Notes under the pieces: generated by a model
The model's database searches: none
What the model was told of the DNA's origin: nothing
Seen by the model: the letters and a program-made list of their open reading frames with translations, nothing else
Assembly: GCA_051362555.1 (NCBI GenBank)
Contig: CM120642.1
Span: 248,001 to 312,000 of the forward strand
From: Lingula anatina
Lineage: Eukaryota > Animalia > Brachiopoda
Direction: 5' to 3'
DNA: 64,000 nucleotides
Part shown: positions 51,672-63,600 of the stretch, piece after piece
How the letters are laid out: each line of letters begins with the position of its first letter
Position numbering within the stretch: position 1 is the stretch's first letter
Translations under genes and position numbers: made by a program

Positions 51672-54600
51672 AATCAAATTTATTTAAGTCAAAGGGAGCC
51701 TGGTCATTTTGGCCTTGTTGCAAGCTAAAGGTTGTCGCTCTCGCCTCACAGGGGAGGATACAGCCCGGTTGCCGTATTAGGCGCTTAGCAAACGTACAAA
51801 ACCCCTGCTTAAACTCCTTAATGCTGAGTGTCAAGAGGGGAGACGGCGGGTACCATTTATAAAGAACTGGTATGTCACCGGACGGGGTTGAACCCACGTC
51901 CTCCCGCTCCGGAGGCAGACACCTAACCGCAAGGCCATCCGGGCCCCGTATCTCGAAAGCATCGCGTATTGCGAATCGCTATGTCAAATAGAAGCTACAA
52001 TGTATTATATGGGACGAGTATGGGCGAGTTATGGAATCGAGACGCTTGCGCACGTGCACAACACAGCGAAGCTTTCGAGATACGGGGCCCCGGTCTGCGT
52101 ACGTGGCACGCAAAGAGAATGAACGGCGTACGTCAGTTTTGCCTCCTGTTCTCTCTCTTTTTCTTCTCCCCCCCCCCTACTTTTCTGCTCTCTAAGCTTC
52201 TTTCTCTTGCCTTTTTGAGGCATATTAGAAGCTGGATTGAACAAAATTTGAAACTTTTGGAAATTGTCGCACACGTTGCTCAATCGACGTGCATTGGCGA
52301 GACACGATCGTGCGCCATGAGCACGCCTTTCATACTCCTTGCGTTGGGGTGACGCACGTGCGACGAATTCCCAGCGTGCTCTCGACTTTGTTCGTTAGTC
52401 CGCGCAAAATATGGAAGCAAACAGGACCACTCATATTCTGTAATGATATTTTACCGCTTGGGGCAATCCTTCGTTTTCATGAGATTGCTAATTACATATA
52501 TGCTGATGACACTCAGCTTTACACATCCCGCAATATAAGAGACCCTGAAACAGTTTCTAAAATAATAATAATAAATTTATTTTAAGTCTAAAATCCATTT
52601 AAAATGTTCAGTAGACTTTACATAAAATATCATAAATAATACTACATAAAATATCATAAATAAAACCTAGGTAAAACAGCCATTATTCCATACAATTAAA
52701 TGCAATTAATACAAGATTTATAAAACCAATTAAGAGTTAATCAAAATATTTCCTAAAAAGGTATGTTTTGAGTTCTTTTTTAAAATGTTTGGTAGACTGA
52801 ATTGCTCGGATTTCCAGCGGTAATAGATTCCATTCCTTTGGACCTGCAGCTTTAAAAGATATGTCACCGTAGGTTTTTAATCGCATTTTTACTGGGTTGA
52901 GTAGCAATTGGTCTACAGACCGCAGATTTCGCATTGGAACATAGTGACTAACTAATTCATTGATGTAGATTGGTGCCAATCCATAAAAAGCATCGTGAGT
53001 AAAAACTAAAAATTTGAATAAAATTCTGGCTTGTAGAGGTAGCCAGTGTAAACTTTTTAAAACTGGGGAGATGTGTATGCTTGTGGGTGTCCGAGTTAAT
53101 AATCTGGCCGAAATATTTTGAATGCGCTGCAGTCTGGCAATTTGTTTCTTTGGACAACCGTATAAAATGGAGTTGCAGTAATCTAATCGAGATGTAACTA
53201 AACAATTTATGACTGTGGCTGCAGCAGAGTCAGACAACTGATTGCGAATTGCACTTATGTTCCTAATGTTAAAAACTGCTGACCTGCATACACTGGCAAT
53301 ATCTTTGTTCATACAAAGCGATCCATCTAAGAATACACCAAGATTTTTTGCATAGGTTGTTGGCTTAATAATGCTTGATCCAATTTTGAGCTGAATTTGT
53401 TGTGCTATAAATAACCAAGTATATTTCTGACCTAAGGGGGTGGATGATAAGAAACAAACTGAAGATCAATGACGAGAAAAAGTAATATCTCAATCACACA
53501 ATAAGAACATTACCCGCAGTCTTAGCATTTTGTCTAATCCCACGTCAAAAATCTGGAAGTCTATTTTGATAGTACACTGTCCATGGACAGGACATTTTCT
53601 AACGTATCCATGCATGTTCACTATTGGAAGCATTAGTTCCTTACGAAAACATTTAAGTGATTGTACTACAGCAACAGTTATACATACCCTGGTTACATCA
53701 AGACTTGACTGCTGTAACTTCCTTTTATATGGATCTTCGGAGGAACAAATTAAACAGCTACAGCGTGTACAGAGTATATCTGCTCGCTTACTGACCCGCA
53801 CTCCAAAAGACAACCACATCACCCCTGTTGTAATTATGTTGCACTGGCTCCCTGTGCGAGCACGCATTTTATTTAAACTTTTAAATTTTGCACATGCAGT
53901 ATCTTATAAACTTGTCCCCTCCCATTTAAATGTTCACATTATAAACCATCTCGAAACCTTAAATCATGTGATCAACTTCTTTTTAAGGCTTTTAAGGCAA
54001 GATTTGTGTTATTCGGTGACAAAGCTATTAAAAATTGCAGCACCTAGAGAATGGAATAATTTACCCGTCAATCTTAGACAAATTGTAGACCCTGGTCATT
54101 TTAAAAAGCCTACTTTTTAAAGCAATATTGTTTTTTTTTATTTTTGTAAGAATACATTTTACGAATGATTGCTCTTAGTTAACAGTTTGAATATTCACCT
54201 CTTATCAATTTTATATATCTATTTTAAACCTTTCACATTATTTTTATTTCCATTTTCCTTCTATCCATCTTATTACCACAAGTAATTTTATTTCCTTAAA
54301 TTTTATAAATTTGTCAAGTCTATTGAACAAACGTTGCATTTTAGACTATAAAATATTATTATTATTATCATTATTATTATTATATTGTCCTAACACGAAC
54401 ATATTTCACGTACCGTCATTTCAGTGTTGTACTTTGACACCATGTCTTCCAGTATCTTCGTGCACCTTAACTCTACACTAGCATCCCAGGCACTCTTTAT
54501 GGCAGGTATGGTGTCTGGATCATTGACAGCTTTAACATATTGCTGCAACATGGTGGCAAGCTGATCCCCTTAAAATGGTGTAGAAGGGATGACTTTAATG

Positions 54601-57600
54601 TTGAGATCAATTTCATATGGTTGAGACCAATTTGCAGTCTATAGGTAGATGGTAATAAATGTTCATCTGTCATTCCAAAAGAAAATGCCTAAAAGAGCCC
54701 ATGAAACAATATACCTGTTATCTTGGAGCCCACAGTCATCCCTCGCTTGCATTCAAGACCAGACAGGATGCCTTCTATAAACTCTTCCATTTTCTTATTG
54801 AATTTAGGTTTGATAGCACCAGCATTTGCTGCAATATCTGTCAACAGATCTTCATCGCCTGGGCTAGGGAGAGCAAATGCTTCCACCCTTTCAAAAGCCA
54901 TCAGTATGAGTCTCCCTGTCTTCTCTTGGTCTGTTTCTTTCTTTTCCTGTGACTCCCTCCTGAAAACCTGATGACAAAAAACATGTTAAAATAAATGTGA
55001 AGATACGAACGAGAAAAGAACTAATGATATTTTTAGCACGTGACGTGGCTGCACCAGCCGGCCCTGATATATCACTTACCAACTGCGTTCAGAAGACAAA
55101 AATGTTATCTTCTCGGAAGAACTATTTGCCAAATATGTCTTTCTCCAAATTCACATCGTCGCAATTGCTTGAATGGAAAACGCACCGTCTGAATGTTTTT
55201 AATGAATCCCTCTTTTAAGGGGCTTGCTTGAACTAAAACCGTCCCGGTGTGGACCGCCACTGATCCCATTGTGCTCTATAATGCCATAGGTAAAAAGCCA
55301 AACTACATCTCAATATGAAACAAACTCCTAAAACTAGACAGCAAATTAAAGCTGACCAATATACAGACACCATACAGAAAACAAGGCAGCAAATCTGACA
55401 AGAATGCACCAAATAATGTTTTGACCAATCCTGATGCAATATTACATAATGCTTTGAAACAGCATAATCACTATTACCCTCTTACACTAAAAGAAACACT
55501 AATTTGCGGGGTCCTTCAGCGGACACCAAACCCCACGCCGAGGGTCTGCTTGGTATCCAATAGGGGCGTAACCAGACATTTTAAAATTGTACGCACAGAT
55601 TTTCATAATTCCCAGGTACAGCTAAATGTAGACTTACAATGCACAGCAGATGAAGGACAGTTTAAATTATATGTACCAAATATCATAGCTTACTTTTCAC
55701 CAGTTATAAAATAAAATTATCTCTTAAAGTTAAAATATTCCCACGATATAATTAAGTTACAGTGTATAATTTCTCCAAGAACCAACACTTTTTCCAGTGC
55801 TGGGGTACAGGCCGTCCAAAATTGCCATCCGGAATTTCCTCGGAAATTTCAGGGCGTCCTACTTTTCCAAGTGCCGTGACCGGGGGGAGGGGGATGTGTG
55901 TGAAATTAAATTTAAAAAAATAAAGAATAAATTTCAAGGGGAATGGTGGTAAAAAGAATCGATAACGATCTCTCGCCGACGCGCTTTTGCAAAAGAAACA
56001 TCCCAGAATGAACATGAAAGTTGCCTTCTCGTCTCTCGTTCGGGTCGGCAGCGGTCTCCGGCTGACAACATACCGCGAACGAAGTCCCTTGAACGAATAT
56101 GAAAATTGCTTTCTCGATACCCTCGGTTTGCGATTGATCTCCCGCTGAAGAGATGAGAATGACCCTCCCTTTCGATTTCTGAAAAAAATCACACCAATGG
56201 CCCCTTCTTGAAATTAAAATTTTGACTAGCTGAACGATACTTCCAAAACGTCTAATGCACGAAAAAATATGGTGTGTACATCACGAACTTAACCGTTCAT
56301 GTCGGGGACTGGGGTTGCGTGGGCTGAAATGCGGCACCCGGATTATCGATTGCGACAGCAGGTATACACACGTACACCCAATCTGGCGCTTTCCGTGACG
56401 AGGTTGAAAGTTTCCATCCGATAACATCGTGTCAACGGAGCTGTCGTGGCTGCGTGGTAACTCTGCTGTCTTGCCAGCCAGCAGACACTGGGACGCCGGT
56501 TCGAGTCACAGCAGCTACAGTGTCAATGTTTTTGCCAGAAATAATTTTTTAAAAATTGCGATTGATTACTATAAGAGGAAACTCGCACGTACGGAGGGTG
56601 GGCGGGTCAGTCACGGAGCAGTCGGTAGAGTGCATGGATGCAAATGAGACATCCAAAGCGTCATCAAACTTGGTAACGCAAAGTCACGGGTTAGAGTCCC
56701 GGATGAGGCACGTCAGTCCATCACGACAACGACCTGGCCCCTGAATCGGGATGTCACTAGACTAGAACGAATGAGGGCGCTCGTGGGACCTAGCAAATTA
56801 CCTTTTGCGGTATACTTTAGAAAGTTTACATCTGCGTCGACAATTTTATTTCCTTTCTCTTCAGTTAAAAGTCCTTATATTGGTGTCACAGATATAACTA
56901 ACTCCGTATGGCTTACATTTCATCAAAATCTGATATCTTTTTGGTGGGATTAGCAGAGAGAAAACTTTTGATTTTTTACAAAAGTCGCGTCACCTCTACT
57001 CCTTTTATCAGGCACACGTTTTGTCTTATTATGCCCCTCCTTTCCAGTCTTGGGCCCTTGGTTCTCAAGACTGTTCATATGTTCATACGGTACCCGGGGC
57101 AAGTCCGCAGTCGACATTGGAAAGAGTAAAGGCTACTCAATACTAAAGCCGCCGAGGTGTGAACGGCTGTGGACGTCAGCGTGCTCTAAAACGTCAAAGT
57201 GAAACCAAACGTTATCTCAATGCAAAACCAAATGAAAATAAAAGCATCCGAAGTCATCTCACTAGGAACGTACAGAGCAGGCCTATCAATGAATACGATC
57301 CAACTTGTTTTGATTCTGTAGCTTTTCCGGCCGGCCGTATAACAGCACGTCATACCACCTGTTCAGCGTGTTCGGTAGAAAAACGATATCTCCTCGGCGG
57401 AATTATTTGCCAAATATGTTTTACTCAAAATTCCCATGGCTGCAATCGCACCAGTAATTAAACACTTGAATGTTTTGTATTTTTTTTTATTCTCTCCTCT
57501 TATGGTCTCGCTAAAAGTAAAACCCGCCTGTTGTTCACCGCCTCTGATCCCCCTGTACTCTTTAATAACATGGGTAAAGCCCAAATCAATCTTAGTGTAG

Positions 57601-60600
57601 AACAAACTCCGAGCTCCGAGTCGGGTTGTCAAACACGACTTCGTGTAAATCACGAACTTAACCGTTCATGTCGAGGACTGGGGTTGCGTTGGCTGAAATG
57701 CGGCACCCGGATTATCGATTGCGACAGCAGGTCTACACATGTACACCCAATCTGGCGCTCTCCGTGACGAGGTTGAAAGTTTCCATCCGATGACTGCGTG
57801 TCAACGGAGCTGTTGTGGCTGCGTGGTAACTCTGCTGTCTTCGCATTCAGCAGACACAGGGACGCCGGTTCGAGTCACAGCAGCTACAGTGTCAATGTTT
57901 TTGCCAGAATTATTTTTTTTAAAATTGCGATTGATTACTATAAGAGGAAACTCGCACGTACGGAGGGTGGGCGGGTCAGTCACGGAGCAGTCGGTAGAGT
58001 GCATGGATGCAAATGAGACATCCGAGGCGTCATCAAACTTGGTAACGCAAAGTCACGGGTTCGAGTCCCGGATGAGGCACGTCAGTCCATCACGACAACG
58101 ACCTGGCCCCTGAATCGGGATGTCACTAGACGAGAACGAATGAGGGCGCTCGTGGGACCTAGCAAATTACCTTTTGTATAATAATACGGTATACTTTAGA
58201 AAGTTTACATCTGCGTCGACAATTTTATTTCCTTTCTCTTCAGTTAAAAGTCCTTATATTGGTGTCACAGATATAACTAACTCCGTAATATCATGGTTGG
58301 CCAAGAAAATTGTACGCACAGTGCATCCGTGCGTATGCCTGGTTACGCCTTGTCATTCCTTTAAAAACATTAAAAAATTAAAACCGGACCCCTTCAAATA
58401 ATCCAAGATACGCCCCTGCATACTATTGGGATTTTGGCAACTTGGGCAAATTCACATGAATAAGGACCATTATCAACAGGGTTTTTAGTACATCTTTTTA
58501 ACTTTTACACAGTGTTTATTCATTTTATCACCACTACCAAAAATAGGCAGTGATTCTAAATCTTTGTGCAGACGCAATTGAGGAAAAGCCCCAACTCCAA
58601 ACAAAGCCCTTAAATCCTTGGGAAACTGATGCCCACCTTGTCTAATTTGACATACAGGATGCACCAATACTGAGGCATGTTTATGATGAAAATTACAAAT
58701 AGTCTCAAAGGTTTTAATATTAAGAATGGCCGCTTTAGGAGTGGCGGTGCAACAGCGACATCTAGCGTCAAGATAGCCGTTATTACCCATGTGTTTCATA
58801 TATGACATTACAAATTATTAACTTTCACTTTTTTCTGACCTGGATATAAAATCTAAAATTAAGTGGATGGGGGATCGCCTTAAAAGGTCAGTGAACTCAC
58901 CACTTCCTTCACGTAGTCAGTGGGTGACATTTCGTCTCCGGTAACAGGGTGACTAAACTTCAAATAGACGTCTCGTAAAAGCCAAGTAAAGTTTGGAAAC
59001 ACCCTGCGCAGTGCCCCCATGTCTTCAGTCACCTCCTCATTTTCCTTCGCCCGAATTTTACCAGTGACATCAGTAAGGGCTCTAAAACCAAAATAATCAT
59101 TTTTCATTTTTTTTTACAAATTTGTACAAGTAGGTCCTACTTAAAAACGCCCGAAATTTTAAAAACTAAATGTACTCCTCAAAAGAGATAAGGCATCACC
59201 ATTTATGATAATTATTTAACACAAGGTGAAAATAAGTGTACCCGGACGTTGACAGACGTGACAGGTGACATTCGTTCCATATACTATACGACCTGAGTGA
59301 CAATCGTTCACTGGTCTTTCAGCACCAAACGAGCTGTTCTTGTTAGGGGAGGGAAACGTATCTGTTCCACTAAATTGGGAGGGGGGAGGATATAGAAGTG
59401 GCATATACCGGTGAGGAGAAAAAGCCATTATAGGCTATAAACTGAGACGTAGAAGCTGTTGTGCTGTATGGCGTTTTGGTTAGAAAGTGGGTGAATAAAA
59501 ATAACAATACAAATGTTTTGCCACCAGTGTAACGAAACTGTAACAGAAGGTCCACCCTACACTTAGTTGTAATGGTTAGGGTTAGCCTGACCTAAGTGAG
59601 TCCTAGGCTTATCTGTACACATAACTCTCTATCACGGGGGACTCTCTGTCACGTTACACCGGTGTGACAGGAATGGTAGGAAAACCGAACCGTACTCCGT
59701 TTGTCATTAGGTTGTACAGGAGACATTCGTCCCAAATACTTACCCCAATACTCCGACCAACCGTAGCCTGTACTTGGAAATCGGCAATCTATTTTTAAAC
59801 CCCACACTCAGTGATGCAGGGATATAATAATGATTGTCTAACAATTTTGAAAAAAAAAAAAACAATTAATCAAAATCCCCGCATAAGCGATGTTTTTTCA
59901 AGTACGGGGGGTATCTCATGCTTGAACTTTCTTGACTTTTGGATATCTGGATACTCTGGTGCTGTGACCTAGTTGAAACCAGTTCATGCTGGTTGGAAAT
60001 AACATCATGGACGTAGAAGCTCAGGCTGGTCCTTTGAAGACGAGAATAAAGATAACAAACCTTCCTAGCTGTAAATTATTTCAGGGTACTGTTGGGGTAA
60101 AGGTACCGAAAATAAGAAAATGGTTATTCAATAATGCATCTACCTTTGTGCTAATTTAAAACAACAAACATCTTTAAAAAAATAAAACATCGTGTTTATA
60201 CTGGATTTCTCGTTGTTATGTTCAAGTATAAGCATAAGAAACTAAAACCATTTATTGTCAGTTTAGCACTTTTTTATTTTGAGGTGAGATTGCATCAGTT
60301 TAGGGTGTAAAACATCCCTGAACAAGACTTCGTCACAAAAATTGGTATAGTTGACCTTCAATCCCGTGCTGTTATTATTATCATTTTTGTGGGTTAATTG
60401 ACCCCTAATTATAGAATTTCATTATACAAAAGCATTAGTGACATATAAGTGTTCAGCAAGCAGAAACACTTAAAACTGAACAAACATTTTTTATTGAATA
60501 AATATTAGAATTTTCACCTACGCCATGAGACGTTTGCGTTTGTGCATCTTTTCTTGCAGCAGCTAGCACCCAGATCATAGGTGCAATGCTGAATTGTGGG

Positions 60601-63600
60601 TGTGTGGATTTAATGACTATTAAAAAAAGAAAAATCGTGTACAGCTTAATTAAAAACAAAATAAAATAAAATAAAAATCCTGTGGAGAAACAAAAAACTT
60701 TTTTCGGCTTTGCTATGAATATCCAGAAAATGTAACTAGCACACGGTGTCCGGCCTAAAGAAATTCGGTCTCACCTTGTAATTTGCCAACGTGGGAAAAT
60801 GACTATTTGACAAAATAGTCCAACAAAGCTGCTATTCGAACCTATCTTTGTACCATGAAGTAATTCAGCAAGTTTGGGCATAACATGCCAAGTGAACGAT
60901 AGATACATTTCTGACAAAATGTGCAAAATGCTGGAATCCCATAATGTTTACGAGAAGTGGTGTAAATTTAATGTTAAAGCAGCAAGCTATATTTTGCACT
61001 TAATTAAATGAAAGGGAAACATTCGGAAAGCGTTTATATGATGCATGTTCAATGATGAATTATCCTACAATCACCTTCAACCGCGAGATTCCATGAGATA
61101 TAGCAGCGCACGCGCAGTAGGCACTTCAGCAGCAACACTTCAAGTAGTAGGTTACGTTTTCACGTGAGGCAGAACTAACATAATGATGATTATACTATAT
61201 GCTCAATGAAAAATAGTTATTTATTTTTACGGAGGCTTACTTGAGTTCGTCTAGATCCTTTTTCTGTGGTACATTCTTGGTGTTATAAATCAGCTGTGAT
61301 GTAAGCAGCACTGTCATCACCAGAATACCAACATCATTGGTAGAATCGGCATCAAAAGCACCTGAAAGTCAAGAAAAGAAATCGAATGGAAAGGTATTAT
61401 AATAGTGGATTAGATTATCAAGTTGACCGATACTGAATACCTCTACAGCAATTATTATGATATTCACAGGTTTCGGCAGAGTGGCAAATAACAAGTGGAT
61501 ATCCACCGAGTCCCTCACGTGTAACCCCTTATCCTCGACAGCAACTTCCTTCAAATTCGAGAAACCCCAAAAACTTAACGCCCATGTAGCAAATGTGGGA
61601 CTACCCGTATGCATCGTAGTCAACAGTACTGAACCAATGCTACAGTGGGTCAAAATGGATTGCCATTTTAGAAGAGGCTTTGTAAAACTGTTACTGTAAG
61701 CAATAGAAAAACTGTAGACTGGATCAATATTGAGCAAGACAGAGATGATATCGATTTTGACACTTTTCACGTCCATTCAGGCAATTCTCGAGGTTGTAAA
61801 AGATAAAACAGCCACGTTGCTTTAACGCCACTAATGCTCGTATTGTAATTAATGAATATGGGGACAAAGACGTGTATTATGTGGAGAGAGTGTACTCGGT
61901 ACCCTACCGGTATTATTTAAAGATGCATACGAAGTCAATTTTTTTTTGCCACAAAACCATCCAAATGCCAGCATAAAGTATAACTAAGAGAATTGCTTAA
62001 ATACATTGTTAAATATTACTCGAAAAATGATATTTGAACGAATTTTTCTGCTAGCTTTCTATGCTGAATATGCATTGGGTGGAAAAGTAGGTCACATAAG
62101 TACAGTAGGTTAAATTTCTGACCAAAAATTTAAAGAAAGGAGCAGTCTAAAGCTCTTTTATGGCTGATCGAATGACTTATTCTGTTTATTACCTGGCATG
62201 TCGACTTTATTTGAGTCGTACAATACACTAGTAGAAGTGGTTTCTATGTGTTACTGAAATCCACACTCCACCGATGCACGGTTCACATGTACCTTTATAC
62301 TGATCTCAAACTGTTATGATGTTACCTACCACGGGCAGGCTATTCAAATGTAAAAACTAGTCAAGAGCTATGGTTTCTTCTTTTTTATATTACTTTTAGT
62401 CACCAGGCCCCGGTTGCACCAAGTGGAGTAAATATGCTAAGATACACTGTACGACTGTCGTAAACCGCAACGTTTGGCGTCCGGGCGCCAGGTTTATACT
62501 CTCCCAGTTTACACCCGTTACAGCAAGACAAAACATGATAAGTCTTAACTACGTCCTGTATATTACAGGCGTAATTTAAGACTAGCTTTAGACTGGCGTA
62601 AAACTACTCCAGATTCGGGATTGTATACTTACAGATTCCAGAACTAAAAGATTGATATAGGTATTCAAGTCTTTTAAGGCGTATAAATACGTTACCTCAA
62701 TATTTCTTGATCAACCACTTATTCCAATACAATTACTACAGGCGCGGATCCGGGATTAAAGGTGGGGGGGGTCCATGGATGCGAAACCGACCCCTCCCTG
62801 CCCCATTGGTTTGGGGTTCTTGTCACGCTCAAGGGCTCCGAAAATAGGGCGAACAGTGCCATTTGGTGCGGTCTAAAACTATGATTTAGCTAGTCAAAAT
62901 TCTAAATCTGCTACTGCACTAATAGAGGGCACAATAATGATGTACTGCAGGCCCGTAGCCAGCAATTTAAAAAGGGGGGTTCTTTTTCTGAAAAAGTGGG
63001 CCTTTTCCTATAAAGACTTCATGAACCTAGATCAAATTTTACCCACCAAAAAAGGCGGTTCTTTCGAACCCCCCGAACCCCCCCCCCCCCCCTCCCCGGC
63101 TACGGGCCTGTTCTGTAATCTTTGGAGTTGCAAAGGTGGTATTTTGTTCGAACGGTCAAACTATGAATGTATGAGGAACAAAATGAATAATTTTATGTCT
63201 AAATGACTGGGCAGCCGTTTAGAGCATACAGTGCCTTCCTGGCGTTAACTTTAAATGGAACGGCCTGGTTTTTATGTGTTTTTGACCATGGCCTCATATT
63301 GCATATAATTTAATTTGTTTTATATCATGCGTAAATTTGGTAAGTGACATGATTTTGTCTGAAAAGAAAAAAATAGGAAACTTTTCGAGATAAAACATTA
63401 CTGTAGAGCACTTTAATACAGGGTAAAGGCATTCACAAGCAGAGCTGTACATATATGACAAATTGGGGTTGAGATATTCAGCCATAAAATATGTGAAATG
63501 TTGACCATTGTGTTTGGCCTGAGAAATCCCTGAGAAATCGTGTCTGACTTGTGACGATACATATGGACCACATTCAAATAGTATCCATATTCAAGTAGCG

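Noticed and set aside
56440-56710. Functional tRNA genes
   Set aside because: Oversized anticodon loops, incomplete T or acceptor stems; reported as tRNA-like repeat units instead.
56281-58287. LTR pair of a TRIM/LTR retrotransposon
   Set aside because: No clear TG...CA ends, PBS, polypurine tract or TSD found.
61369-61776. Overlapping ORFs next to GBP-B exon 3
   Set aside because: No homology recognised and no counterpart in paralog A.
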